From: Eledone cirrhosa
Lineage: Eukaryota
Reading direction: 5' to 3'
Assembly (NCBI GenBank): GCA_964016885.1
Contig: OZ024740.1
Location: 146,134,001-146,198,000 of the forward strand
Length of the DNA: 64,000 bases
Below, piece after piece: positions 25,661 through 40,422 of this stretch. The notes beneath the pieces are model-generated. The model was not told the DNA's origin. It ran no database searches and was given only the letters and a program-made list of their open reading frames with translations. Position numbers and translations under genes: made by a program. The number at the start of each line of letters is the position of its first letter. Position 1 is the stretch's first letter.

Positions 25661-26299
25661 CTAAATCTATTATGGGGAACTTTTCTTTTACCATAGAGTA
25701 TTTCTGGTGCAAGAGAACTTGTGGAGGTACTGACTTTACAAATGTTTAAATTACTGTTTTGTCTTAAGCCTGTTGGTGAATATTTCCCCACTCCAGGTCT
25801 AAATTATAGACTCAATCCAATTTGCTTTTTTTTACTACAAATTTACTTTGATTATAATGCATTAAAATTACAAGTTGGTTCCTAACTATATTTAAAACAA
25901 TTCTTTTAGTTTTGTTGAATAGAATTAACTGTTAATCTTGGATATATTGTATGTTTTTGTCTTGTTATACTGGTTATATTCCTTAATGACTTCAAACTTT
26001 ATTGTTCAATGACTTGTTTACACACTTTATTCATGAATTAACTAATAGTATCATTATTATGAGAACTATTTAAAGCAATGAATTGTCTAAAATTAAATTA
26101 AATACTTTTATATCCTTTGAAGTTTTTCTGAGGTCTGCAGTAGCTGTTAAACATCTTTGTTGTTGTTGAAGATACCGAAACCTGCCAAGAGTTGTCATAT
26201 TTGCCTAAGATCAGACTTTCTACTGTATTCTATATTTAATTCAGGTTAATCTAAATTCCTGGGTTGTATATTTCTTAGTTAAAATTATTCATTTATGGA

Positions 26300-26445
26300 T
26301 TGCAAGTATCGTAGAGCATCAGACATGCTTTGCGGCACAGTTACAGCCCTTTACATTCTGCGTTTGAATCCTGCTGAGGTTAACTTTGCCTTTCGTCCTT
26401 TCTTGGTGGATAAAATAAAGTACCAGTCAAGTACTGCGGTTGATA
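26300..26445 (+). mobile_element. tRNA-SINE (Nin-like core)
   Basis: GTATCGTAGAGCATCAGAC..GTTTGAATCCTGCTGAGGTTAACTTTGCCTTTCGTCC..GATAAAATAAAGTACCAG. Confidence 0.8.
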
Positions 26446-26688
26446 TACTTTCTATCTCATTCATTTCCTCTGTCACTCTCTTCCCTAGAAGAAATTTGCT
26501 GTGCTCAGACCTGTAGAGATTCATACATACATAATCCCTCTGTATTTTATGCTCAGTCGGCTGTGTACAACTTGGCCTTTCATTTTCCTATCATTGATAG
26601 AAATATAGTCATTTGGATTAATTCCATATTCATTATTTTGTGCCCATATTAGGAATCAAAATTCAACTGGCCATGTTGTAATGAATTC

Positions 26689-26940
26689 TTAATTCTTTTA
26701 TCATTGCATTTCTAATGAAATAGATTGCTAGTGTTTCAATTAATTTTGAAAATAACCAAAAACTTAGAATTTAATAAAAAAAATAAATTTATAACTTTTT
26801 CATTAATAAGCTGATATTTAGAATATTAACACAATTTTCTAAATTGAAAGGTTTTGATATAAGAATAAACATTTTAAAATGAGCAGTTTTGTATCATAAA
26901 TCAATGGTGATTCCAGGCAGTTTGGTATTAAATGGGTTAA
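26689..26940 (+). mobile_element. MITE family B (TTAA-flanked)
   Basis: TAATTTTGAAAATAA..TAAGCTG..AGGTTTT.ATATAAG..TTTGTATCAT..GGTATTAAATGGGTTAA. Sisters at about 33340, 39229, 49570-50200, 50631, 58790, 59940-60670 and 63680-63905. Confidence 0.7.
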
Positions 26941-28027
26941 GCTAACTCACAATGTCAATTCTCAGTTGGAACTGTTTCACTTCAGATATAACACCAATGC
27001 TTTCTAAACATTACATTTCACTCTCCTATAACAAAGGTTTTGATATCATTTTACATAGCCTATCTATGCTGGGTTGGGTTGGTTGTGACCCTATCTAATT
27101 ATTTGGAGTTGCTGCCCTGCTAAACAATCTGGGGTTAACATCTCGTGCAACATTTTTTGGTTTGTTAATTTATTACTAGATACTGTTCTTATAGTCAACC
27201 ACCTTGCAGAGGGTACTGGATGCATTTTATTATGGCGCCAACACTATATATGTTGTCTTGTCTTCAGAAAGGCTAAAGAGTATTCTTTACTCCATTTATT
27301 TGCTTACCAGTATTAAAGAGGCTCTGTCTTGTTTCCTTGGTTGACTGCCTTGCTCCCACCTCCACTCACTTGTCACCATCACCTGCCCAGTACCAGAGAG
27401 GCTGGCAGTTCCCCTCCCCACTTGTCCAGTACCAGAGGCTGGCTGATTGTTCCTTTCTTTCCCACAACTAAGTGGGAAGATGCAGTGAGAGGGGTATAAG
27501 AGTAACACAAGCTGGGTGATGGCAAGAGGAAAGTAAATATGGGCAGATCCAATGGCATCCCTTGCGACACACACACACATGCATACACTCAGGACATGCA
27601 CGTCATGGTAGGAGTGAGACAGTGATGAGGTGTAGTGATAGATGTGAGGAAGGTAAATGATGAGTAATGAAGAGAAATGAAAGTGATACATGGAAAATTA
27701 ATTTGGACATGATGTACAAGATATGCCTAAATGTGACTATTATACATCCTAACCTTCAACATTTTTTAAATATCCACTTTTCCATGAAGCACATTCCTCT
27801 ATTTCTCACACTCCTTTCTCATCCCTTTCACGGGCTTTAGCTTCTTGAAATCAGTCTTTCTATATCCCTGGTGTCCTTTTCCTACAGATTTGATCTTTCA
27901 AGTGCTCAGCATTGCTTCATACAATTGACGTCTTCCATAGGCATCACATGTCTGTACCAGCACAGTTTTCTCTCTTGTATGCAACATTGGATTTCATTTG
28001 TATTCAGTTTTTCTCTCAGCTCATGTC

Positions 28028-28375
28028 ATCATCATCATCATCAACGTTTAACGTCCGTGTTCCACGCTTGCATGGGTTTGGACGGGGGTAGTCCCACTTG
28101 AGGCAAGAGTGGTTGTCTTGCTCGCATAGGACTGTCTGGCAGGTTTTCTACAGTTGGATGCCCTTCCTAACACCAACCACATTTACAGTGTGGGTCTGGG
28201 AGGTTTTTACCGTGTTGCCTACACGGCCACATTACAGCGTGGACTGTGTGTTTTTTTGTCGTGACACCTACACGATCTCATTTGTTTCGGCCTGGATGGT
28301 GTGGCACCAACACAACTTTACATAGAATGGGGTGGTGTGGATGGGGTGGGGGTGGTGGGACGGGGTGTATTTTGT
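28028..28375 (-). mobile_element. RTE 3'UTR-only copy, closely similar to 3990-4305
   Basis: Long matches to 3990-4305 (e.g. GGATGCCCTTCCTAACACCAACCA, CCACATTACAGCGTGGACTGTGTG), with a (CAT)n tail. Confidence 0.85.
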
Positions 28376-29164
28376 ATACTCCTTTATTCATGTACATTCA
28401 TTTGAGCATACTCACCTCCTTTCTTTTTAGCAATCAAAAATTTTGTAACCATGCAACATCACACTTTATACACAAGCATCATATAATCTCCCCCTTCACC
28501 CTCAGAAACTCTTTGCTGCCAGTAGAATTAATAGCTCCCTGAACTTTTTCTACTCTATTTTTTACTCTAGCAACATTATGCATGCATGCGTGCATGACAC
28601 TATAGTAAAATAATTTTACAAATATATATTTAAAGGTAACAATCAAGAGAGTGCTATGGAATAACAATGGAAGATATTCATTGTATTTTAACCCCAATAA
28701 ATAACCCAGTAAAGCCCCCTCTCCCCCATGCTATTTAATATCCGATGGAGAAATCCTCACGAAGCAGCATATGCTAGGGAAAAAGGCATTAAATTAGTTT
28801 CTAGGTTAAGCACTACTGTTAAGCCAGAGCAGTTATAGAGCTGTTTGGTACAAAGTTAGTTTTGATGTCAAGCCAAAGACTCCAATGGAAATGATGTAGT
28901 TAGCAGCTGAAGATACAAATGCAAATCCTGTTTGTAAGCAAAATATTTATTTTCTTTGGGTATCTTCAGTATAAATTTGGAGTTGGCTATAAATTCAAAT
29001 GCCTACACCCATTTCGATTGAAACTCATGGAAATAGGTTTATGTGGAATTCATTAAAAAACTGCAGGGTTTGCTTTGAGAAGTGGTAGCTAACTACTTAC
29101 TTAGAGGCTGGTTTCATTTACAGACAGTATGAATGAACCTAATTTTTCCTTTGCACTAATCCTT

Positions 29165-29810
29165 TACCTCTCTCCTCTCTCTCTCCCCTCTCTCTCTCCC
29201 TTGTCTCTCCTTCTCTTTCCCTCTCTCCCTCTCTCTTTCCATCCATCCCTCTCTTTCCATCCATCCCTCTCTTTCCATCCATCCCTCTCTCTTTCCATCC
29301 CTCCCTCTCTCTTTCCATCCCTCCCTCTCTCTTTCCATCCCTCCCTCTCTTTCCATCCCTCCCTCTCTCTTTCCATCCCTCCCTCTCTCTTTCCATCCCT
29401 CCCTCTCTCTTTCCATCCCTCCCTCTCTCTTTCCATCCCTCCCTCTCTCTGCCGCCCCCCTCCCTTTCTCTTTCCATCCCTCCCTTTCTCTTTCCATCCC
29501 TCCCTCCCTCTCTCCATCGCCCCCTCCCTCTCTCTCTGCCACCCCCTCCCTCTCTCGCCACCCCCTCTCTCTCTCGCCACCCCCTCTCTCTCTCGCCACC
29601 CCCCTCTCTCTCTCGCCACCCCCCTCTCTCTCTCGCCACCCCCCTCTCTCTCTCGCCACCCCCCTCTCTCTCTCGCCACCCCCCTCTCTCTCTCTCGCCA
29701 CCCCCCTCTCTCTCTCTCGCCACCCCCCTCTCTCTCTCTCGCCACCCCCCTCTCTCTCTCTCGCCACCCCCCTCTCTCTCTCGCCACCCCCCTCTCTCTT
29801 TCCATCCTCT
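29165..29810. repeat. Compound polypyrimidine minisatellite (CTCTCTTTCCATCCCTCC-type grading into CTCTCTCGCCACCCCC-type)
   Basis: Directly visible ~18-22 bp units, followed by (TA)n at about 29816-29857. Confidence 0.95.
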
Positions 29811-30173
29811 TTAGAATATATATATATATATATATATATATGATATATATATATATATTCTATCTCTCTCCTGTCTCTCTCTCCTTTTCCCCTGTATTCT
29901 TTCCCATTTTCTCCCTTTAACACACTTATGTGAATGTGTGTGTGTACACTTACTAACAAGTCTTTGTAAATTTGCCTAGAGCAATTTATAACAAACACTT
30001 CAGCTTATTCAACTGGTAGAAAGATCTGCCCTTATGTATCCAATGTCTTATGTAACTCACGCACACCCTACTATTTCCTCTAAACATTCTTTCTAGAGTC
30101 ATAGGGATTTTAATTTGTGCTGACGCAAATCTTTTAAATCCCCTTTCACTAAATCAGTGGTCTTATGTAGACA

Positions 30174-30874
<701 letters not shown>

Positions 30875-33800
30875 GAAGGGGGGGTGACTATACATACACC
30901 AACCATTTATTTAATATATTTTCATATATATGAGCAGTTTTTAACATTCTTTATTAAAAACTATTTTTAACATTTATTTTCCTACACTATATGAATTTGA
31001 TCTGCAAATTTAGTTTAGTTGTTTGAAACTATTTTTCACTGGAGGTTCACTCTAATTATACATACTTAATTGTGTTCATTCAGTAGCTTCAATTAGAATT
31101 GTGTAATGTGGTTTATCTTGTATCATTTTAACCACAAGACCACCTACATTTAAAACAGTCATTTCTTCATTGCTTGAAATCATGATTCAGCAAACCTTTA
31201 ATCAAAGGCATTCCAGCTATGCCCATCTTGTTTTGTTTTTTCTATGTTCAAAGAATCCAGTGTGTTCATTTTTAAATGGAGTATGATTTCAGGGTGATTT
31301 GGCTGCTATTTCTAGCCGGGTAAGTGATGATATGAAGACTTCCTCATTAGCTCATAGTCAAGTGCTATAAATGGTAGGTTAATTGTTTGGTGATTATTAA
31401 TAGGAAAAAAGTTTGTTTTCAGTTCTGTTTTTGGAGCATATTCTCAAGACAATATGTTCACTAGGAAATAGGATTGATTCCAAGTTAGAGATGCAAAGTC
31501 ATTTCCAGTGCAGAATATACTAATATAAGTCTAGGAAATCAGATATGGAATTTGAGATTTTGCAAGTTGTACTGGTTGACGCACCTTGTGATACTGAGGA
31601 GATACTTATAACATATAGTTGGTTTGAATTGAAATATTTATGAAGAACAATGTATATTAGATTTAAGATAAATTTAATGTAGATATAACTAATTTTTTAA
31701 TAAGTAGCCTTACTCTGAAGAGAATGAAATGTAAACACTTAATGCATTTCCCTCCGTATACAGAAAAGCATAAAGATCTTTACACATTTCAGGGATTATC
31801 ATCTCATCATCAGAAGGTATCACTGAGGCCCACCACACTGTGTGAATGTATGTGTAAAAGGAAGGAAGGGGATGGTGAAAAAATGGCAGCTGGCAGTCCA
31901 TTTGCTATGCTGTGTTTGTGGGAGTTTGTTTGTGGGAATGTGTTTGTGTGAATGTATGTCTGATTGCGTGTTTATATTTATATATTCGTACATATAAATG
32001 TATATATATGCACACACATATACACATATGCATCAGCATGTTGAACAAAATTCTAGTGTAGAATAAGATGCCCTACTCATAAATATGACAAAATGCTGCA
32101 ATGGCTTTGAATTTACCTTTGCACATATAGTCCAAAACCTCCTCCACTGCTCAAACTATTAATTTCACTGTACGTCCACTTTAACTTTCCAGGCAAATTA
32201 AACATGTATCATGTCTGATGATCCTGAAACTTGTTAGTTATTTTAATTAATTTCTGTATCAAAAATTTTAATAAAATCAGATTCAGTAGTCAAATGTAAT
32301 TTTGGCACCATTCTCTGAAATCAGATTTGTTATATTATGAATTGTTTATTAAATAGAAGTGCCAAACTATGATTTAAGTTTCTGATTAAGAAGGCTCTAA
32401 AGAAGTGTGTTCAACTTCCTTTCAGGTTATATTTTTGTAAAACATTTGAAAAAGGTTTCTTACATGATAACTATAAGATTGATTGCTTGGATGTATTGCT
32501 AGTGTAAAATATGCAGGTGTGGTTGAGAAGTTGTCTTCACAACTTTCAGGTCTGATCTCACTGCATGGCACCTTGGCAAGTTTTTATAAAAAAAATTTTT
32601 TTTTTAATAGCTTTTGTGTGACCAATACCTTGATTGAAATTTTGGTGGATGGATGAATGTGTTGAAGCTTTTCGCGCATGCACACAGGCATGCACACACT
32701 TTTTATTTCAGCCAACAGAAAAATGAACCTGTGATTGGCCTGTTGGAATCATGCTGTCAATACTATTGCTCTCTCATTGTGAAATATAAATAGAAAACAA
32801 AATGCATAGAAATAAAACAGATCTTCTGAAGTCTGTTGATCAGTTATCAACCTATTCATTTATTCTTCATTAATAGATTGACCAAATGTATATGTAGTTG
32901 TAGTTAAAATCCATGATACTTAATAAATTACATCATTAGTAAGCATCAACACATTGAATCTATCAGGATTCAAATGAATAATTACATAGCTGCTATTGAA
33001 TGATTTTCTACTGTTTTAGATCTGTTGACCACCATTTTATTGAATCTCCTATAAAGGTTATTGTGATTTATATTACTTTAACAAAAGAGTCTTGTGTGGT
33101 TATGCTTTAACCCTATAATTACCAGTTTGGGAAGAACCCATCGATCACTTTTGTTTTGAACTGTTTTTGTTTTACATTTGAAAAGAGGGTTATAGCCCTG
33201 AAATATCGTGTTGAAATAATACTGGGTAAAACATTACTTTTTGTTTTGTCATCCTTTGTCCTTTATATATTTCTACAGTATTGTACTAGCTTTCTGAAAC
33301 TCGGTCACCTATAATTACTATACTTCTAATAAAAATATACTGTCTATAATTTTCAAATAATTCTGAAAATAAACAAGAATTTAGAGGATTCTAGAGCTAT
33401 GGGCAGTTTCAGACGATTTGATATCAAAAGGGCTATGGTTCAGTTCAGCAGCATATTTTAACCATTGAGCTAAAATGCATGTTAGTTTTCAGTTTAGTAA
33501 GTGGTTACTGTAGAATTTTTAATACCTATATTTTACATTCAATTATGTACTGAGCTTATATTGGTTTTTAAGCCTTTTAGAACCAAGAAAATAAATAATC
33601 TGTAACAAGTCTTTAAAACTTCTTAGACTCGTGATTCTTCTATTAGGTTAGGTAGTCATGCAGATACCTAGTACATAATTTTAATGACTGTTTTGATAAG
33701 ATTTAGCTGGTGTCACTATTTCTAGAAAATCATGAACATGTATAAATTCTTATTTTTTAATCATTGGCCAAACAGATTTAGAAGGAATATTTAGGTGTAT

Positions 33801-34166
33801 CAAAGGCATAACAATCTTTGACATGTTGGTGATTTACACATTCATTATTCCATAGAAAACCTGCCAAACAAAAGAGTCTGAACAGGTGGGTCAAAGTTGT
33901 GACATCTTCCCCAGTGCTGGTGCCATGATAAAATGCACTTAGCAGAGTATGGGAACATAAGATGTAGGCCTTCAGCCCATCTGAGAGGTCAGTAGCTTTG
34001 GTTTGGTACTGACTCTGTGTCTGTAAAGAACTGTCCAACCCTTGCTAGCAGGGATGAAGATGCACATTAAATGATGACGAAATGTAATTCAGGTCGCAAT
34101 TATTTCCTCATTGTATTTTAGTAATTTTTTTTTTTTTATATAGTTTTTTTTTAGTTTTTTTAAACA

Positions 34167-34368
34167 TTAACCCTTTAGCACTTACATTGCCATGAAAATA
34201 CAATAGTAAATATAAACACTCTCACATAATATCGAATCTATGAGATTTTGATATTTATTTTGAGAACAATACCTTAACATCAGTATGAGCAGCTGATTAT
34301 GGCCAGTTTGAACAGAAAGAGGTGGGAATTCTGGCCGGATATGGCCGGTTTAAATGTTAAAGGGTATA
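34167..34368 (-). mobile_element. MITE family A copy with internal micro-inversion
   Basis: TTAACCCTTTAGCA ... TAAATGTTAAAGGG. The segment 34190-34216 is reversed relative to the sister copies. Confidence 0.85.
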
Positions 34369-35989
34369 AAGTACTTCATATATTTTATCTTCAATATGTG
34401 CAGTTATGAGAGTATAACTCTCATCAGAAGATATCTAATATTGTTTAGATGTTATATAAATAAGGTAACTTCCTGATTATCAAGAAATTACCAACATTTT
34501 TACAAATATGGTGTTGGACCTTTTTTGTTGTTATATATCCCAGATATTTGTCTTGTCTCGTGCATGCATGTGTCCATCTGGCTGTGTTTGATAACTGCTG
34601 CCAAACAGGTACTGTTAAAAAATATAATTTAGTGATTAAGTAAAATAAAGATTGAAGAAATAAGCACTAAGATTGATAATAGATGCAACATGGCCAAATG
34701 GATTCCATCCCATTGTGACATCTTGGGTAAGTGTCCTTTACCATAACTTTGGATCTACTCATGCCTTGAGTGAAGCTGAGTAGAAGGTAACTTTAAAACC
34801 CATTGGATGGATTGTACCTGTAATTCATGATGTACCATGTTGAATTGTCTTGTTAAGGATACATGCCTGTAAAATGCTTGATCACTTACCCTAATCAATC
34901 AATGGAGCAACTTGCTCATGAAATTAACTGGATCACCTGGCATGAAAATGGCTAAGGTTGGCTAAAAACTCTCTGAAGCCAATAAAAAGAAAAGCAATGT
35001 AACAGGCTTCTGCACAGTTTCTGTCTACTAAATTTCACTCATAAGACAGTGATCAACCCATGGCTACAGTATGGAATTTCATAACCATGCTTGTGTCTAT
35101 TGCAATGCCTTTTCAATTTGTTTGCTTTATAAATTGATATTTTCAAATGTTATTCAAAGTACTTATGCTGTGACCTATTTCATTATCTCAAGAATCATTT
35201 CAGTCTATTTTTTTGTATATATGTTGAACTGTAACTCTTTTCAGTCTTGTCTAAGCTTTTGACTGTATGAAGTTGTAGCATATTTATAAATATTACCCAC
35301 TTATAGATGTCCATGTTATAAAACTGAAAATTTAATTTAATTTTTGCAAAGTTTAAATAGTTTCTTGAATTTTTTAAATTCTATATTTGAATTATTTCCA
35401 GTCAATTTTATTGAAAATTATGTAAAATTCAGCAGAAAATAAAAATTTAAATGTCAAGTTCTAGATTTTTTTTTAAAAAGCTATAAGTTGAACAAAATAT
35501 TTTGAAGCATGAAAGGAAGAGTGAGATGGGAGAATTGACTCCAGTATTGGATTTGTACTTAATTTATTGATCTTGAAAGGATGAAAGCCAAAGTTAACTT
35601 TGGTGGGATTTGAACTTGGGGCTGTAAAGAGCCAGAATGAATATCACAAAGCACAACTCTGACATACAACTAAGGCAGCAAATTGGCAATGTATCAAAAT
35701 CTCCTTCCAATACAAGTTTTCAAAATTGAATTATGATCAATTAGATGGTGGTTACAATTTTTAAAGCTTACAGATAAAAAATAGAAAAATGAAATTAATA
35801 CATTTAAAGATTATTTCCTCAACAGAAATCATTATCTTCAACTTATATTGATACAATACTAAACACATTTTATTTCACAGGATAGACTTGAGGCTTAAAA
35901 CTGACAGAAACTTACTGGAGTAGAAAATTGTTCAAATAATTTCTCTAAAGTCAATCATGTTGATTTTTAGAAATGAGAAGTTTCCATCT

Positions 35990-36172
35990 ATTGGCAGTAT
36001 CAGTAGAGGATCGGACGCCATGCCTTCCAGCATAGTTACGTCCCTTTACGATCTGAGTTCAAATCCAGCCGAGGTTGACTTTGCCTTTCATCCTTACGGG
36101 GTCGATAAAATAAAGTACCAGTAATGCACTGGGTAATTGCTGGCCTTGTGCCTAAAGTAGAAACAATTATAT
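35990..36172 (+). mobile_element. Young tRNA-SINE (Nin-like core, short subfamily)
   Basis: TTGGCAGTATCAGTAGAG..CGGACGCC..GAGTTCAAATCC..CCTTACGGGGTCGATAAAATAAAGTACCAGTAATGCACTGGGTAATTGCTGGCC, with CpGs retained. Confidence 0.9.
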
Positions 36173-36504
36173 TACCTAAGATTTGTTGACTGTTTTTTTT
36201 CTTTCTTCCAAGCTGTTTCAATTATATTTTTTTAAATATCTAGTTTTTAAGTTGAAGTGGTTGTTCTTAAAATAGCTTTGCCAACCGAGTGAAATCCACG
36301 TCCTTTATCTGTCAGTTTGTTTGCATATATATTAATTGATCTGTTCTTAAGTGTGTGTGTCTGTGTACATACACACACAGTTGCAGACATAAGACACACA
36401 TGCAGACATAAGGTATAGTTATACTCAGGATAAAATGCATGGAATTTGCAACAAATATTTAGACTCCAAATAGTATTTATGTTGAATAGCTGAAAGTCTG
36501 TTCT

Positions 36505-36690
36505 AGTAATGGTTTCTAACATCAGCACAAGGCCAGACATTTTAAGAGGAAAGTCAGTTACTGACCCCAATACTTCATTGGTACTTTTATTGAATCTGGA
36601 AGAGTGAAAGGCAAAGTTGACATCAGCGGGATTTGAGCACAGAATTTAAAGAGCTAGAATTGTTAGGACCTCGATCTACTACCCAATCCA
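36505..36690 (-). mobile_element. tRNA-SINE (Nin-like core), diverged
   Basis: GCACAAGGCCAG..TGGTACTTTTATT..GAAAGGCAAAGTTGAC..GCGGGATTTGA. Confidence 0.7.
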
Positions 36691-38009
36691 CAGCTTATCA
36701 GTTATGTTTTATAGTTACAAAACCTTGTGTGTAGGGGATAGCTCAACACATCAGTATGATTTATTCTTTTGACCCTGGAAGAATGAAAGGAAAAGTTAAT
36801 TCGAGCTGGATTTGAAATGAGAATGGACTAAACTGTAGCACATTTAGTTAGTATTATACTTATTTAATGTAGTGAGCATGAAATCTCTAATTAGTGAAGA
36901 AAATATAACTTTAGCTTAAGAACTATCATCACTATTTAACGTCTATTTGCCATGCTAACATTGGTTAGATGGGTTGTCACATTCTCAGGCTAGACAGATC
37001 AGGTGACCGTCTTGCTCATACATTTTGCTTTTGGCTTGTTCTATGGCTTGTTCTATGGCTGGATGCACTTCCTAATACCAACCACTTAATATGGAATGTT
37101 GTGGAGAGGGATTCTGATCTTTAATCTGACAACTTTGGACATTTTCAGTCTTATATCTCATCAGCAAAGCATATTTTAATAACTCTCAGATCTTGGAGGC
37201 AATGAGTAATTTCTGTTGCTGTTAATTCATTTGTCTGTCATCAACTATGTGGCTGTTTTGAGTTCTCACTGTTTGATATTTAAAGGATCCTACTTTAAAA
37301 TTTTCTGTAATTCATAAGTGTTTTGTCTAGAGTAGAACATTTTTTTTCTTTTTGTAATTGTCCTGTTGTAGCTACATTTAATACTTCCTTTGGAAGGCTT
37401 TACACTGTTCCTGTGGTTAGTTTCTGTTATACTTTTGTAACAAGCTATACTAGACACAAAACTCTAATGTTATATAACATTTTAAAAGATTCTCAATCTT
37501 TAGCTAATATTCTTGAATAGCTGCTACAGGGAAGAAAACAATATGAACTTCGGCACATATGAATGAGGAAATCCCGCTTTCCTTTAGAAGTTTGTTGGCT
37601 TTTTAAAGTGGTTAATTGTTCTCATCTCATAAATACAAGGAGATCAGGAAAGCGTCACTTTGTAACCATACAAATAGTTCAGATAAGTGAATTATTGTCT
37701 TGTAGTGGTAGATATTCAGTATTAAGACAATGTGATTGAAAGTGCAGAGGAGGTTATGTTTAGAGCAGACATTGTTATAAATTATCTGAATGGTTGTATT
37801 GTTTAAGAAGGGTCAACCTGAAAGGAGGAATATTAAATGAGTCATGTGTTACATTAAGTCAATGGTTTTGAGCCGAACAAACATCTGTTGTTGATTGTCC
37901 TGCTAAAAATAGCAGTTAAGCCTCTCTTGTCTTACCGACTAAAATTGTGCTGAGTTGAAGGCAAATAGATTGTAGCTAAATTCTAAAACGTTTAGTCTAT
38001 CTTGAGCAT

Positions 38010-38262
38010 GGAAGCTCATCACGCTGGAACTTATCCCGGTTTCCATGGTGTTAAGTGACAGAGTAGAAAACCCTCCTGTGGACAGGATGCCAGTCCATCA
38101 CAGGATTAACCCTCCAGCTACTGCTGGTGCTCATTTTCAGTTGAGTATACTGGTGCAATGTGAAATGAAGAACACAACATACAATCCAGTCTGGGAATTT
38201 AACCCACAACATTAGGATTATAAATCCAACAACTTTACTACTAGGCCATATGCCTCCATTCA
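38010..38262 (-). mobile_element. Third tRNA-SINE family copy
   Basis: Minus-strand head GGAGGCATATGGCCTAGTAGT.. and TTCATTTCACATTGC core. Sisters at 62085-62280 (+) and about 48280-48430 (-). Confidence 0.65.
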
Positions 38263-39263
38263 AAGACTGTAGCTCTCACACTTTTCTAAAGTGTATTAAA
38301 ACCATTAGTGAAATAATCATGGGAGTCAAAACAGAATCTCAGACTTGGTTATTTTACAACTTAGCACTATACTACTTAATGAAGCCATAACATTGTGGAT
38401 TCAGTACTATAATCCAATTAGTGCTGGTAAACACTTAAAATCATGATAGCCTTTCCATACTACTTTTGCTGAACTCAAACCTTCTATCAAAATAATCTCT
38501 GATAAAATGGATAGTTTTAATATCCGAAATTAGTTCAAATACATCTCCCCCAGGAAATAAATATTTTAATCAAAACTTCCTTCTCTTCAGTAGATCTTTT
38601 CCGTTTGCTGAACAGCAAGGAAACTGAGATGTCAGTAGAAGTTTGAAAATGAACAGCTGGAAGCCAAACCTAAAAAGTGTTTGTTTCAAGCAGCATGTAA
38701 TTCTCAATCATGTTTAGTTTGGAAACTTGATAAATGATTAATCTCAGTCTAGTCAGATGAGTTAATTAACATAAATTATGGAAAAGAAATTCAGTGGGTT
38801 AAAACAATTTTAGTTTATTATTGGTAGATTTAAAGGCAGAAATATAGAACATCAAAGCAGATATCTTCTCTTTCTCAATAACCTGATTATAACACTGAGC
38901 TACTGATCCAGAATTTATAAGTTCAAAGCCAGCTGCAAAAAACCACTCCAATTTCTTGTTTGAATCATTGACATCAAATGTAATTTTAAATTGTAAAATA
39001 ATTGTTAATCAACACTTATAGCAATTTTCATAATCTATACACCTACACATCTAATTTTAAAATCATTTTTTATTATCATTCTAGTCTTTTGTTGAACATA
39101 ACAATTGCTGCATAATTCTCTTAAAAAAAAAGCACTTTTGCTTTCCTAACTGTAGATACCTTGTACATAAAAGGGAAATAAAAATTAGCTTAAATCTACT
39201 GTACACATTTCATTATGTATTTGAATACTTAACCCTTTTGTTACAATATTTCTAATGAAATAC

Positions 39264-39548
39264 ACATCTTTGCATGAGCACACCATTCTTTATATCAACT
39301 TTATCCCCTCAGCACTTTGTAAAAGTCTAAGAGACAGGATTTTTGTTGACATTTATAAACTGATGCAGCTCCCTAATTTGTCACGGTCCCTTGGCTTAAG
39401 TTTAAAATACCTAACCGGTATATGGAAGATATGAGGTTTGATTCCTCATAGCGACTGATGGCAACTTTTTCCAACTTTAAGGGTCTTCACCCTATTTTAT
39501 AAGCCATTTTATAACATCTTCATGAGCTCACCATTCTTTATATTAACT
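39264..39548 (+). mobile_element. Direct-repeat-bounded insert carrying a tRNA-like unit, inside a family-B MITE
   Basis: ~35-bp imperfect direct repeats at 39264-39300 and 39514-39548, enclosing a tRNA-like segment at 39385-39456. Confidence 0.6.
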
Positions 39549-40422
39549 GTCTTTCTTTCAATAAATTTTGAGAATAAGAAAGTTGGAGGAATTTAACACA
39601 TTTTCATTAATAGGCGATGTTCACAAATTTCTTAAATAAAATAACGATGGAAGGTTTTAATATAAATATGGTCACATTAAAATACAGGTTGGGATCAGAA
39701 GAGATAAGGCACTGAATTCTGTTGTTGATTTTGATATCGGCTCTAGATATCAAATTATCTGGGATTTTGGCCAGCAGTAGACTTGTTTCTATCTCCCTCA
39801 GCTGCTCAATACCATAAAACTAGAGATAAGCACTATATTGTGAGATCATCTTAGTGCTTCTGGAGGCATTTGGTGTATTTCCACTGTTGCACAGCAAAAG
39901 AAAATTTAGTATATTTTTCAACTACTTTTCTGTATTTTCTTGATATATTTATTTATATATACTGTTAATGGCTCTAATGTATTTTCTCTTCTTTAGCACT
40001 TTCACCCCTCTCTCTGTCTCCATTTCCAAACTGGTATTAAAACTACACTCTGTTTATGGAATGGATCTCCGTCAGTGTTGTGTTCTAGTTGTTCAATCAA
40101 CAAAATGGCTTGCTTGTGAAATTAACATGCAAGTATCTGAGCATTTCAGATACATGTAGCCTTAATATAATTCTCTGGGAGATTCAAGTGTGACATGACT
40201 GGCCCTTTGAATTACAGGATTAGTCCATCCTATGGGCTTCCAATTTCCTTCTATCCAATTTCACATGAGTTGACCATGGTAAATAACACTTACCCAAGAT
40301 GCCATGAAATGGGATCAAACTCGGGGCCTAATGATTGCAAAGCAAACTCCTTAACCACTTGGCCTTCTGTATTCTAATTATAAAGCATAAATTAGATTGT
40401 TTTCCTTTAATTTTATGATATA

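Noticed and set aside
31710-33250. Penelope-like terminal fragments (CTGAAGAG/CTGATGA..GAAAC motifs)
   Set aside because: Only short motifs are visible, not enough to set boundaries or class.
39385-39456. Functional tRNA gene
   Set aside because: The D-arm and anticodon arm are degenerate and the B box is mutated, so it is treated as a tRNA-derived repeat.
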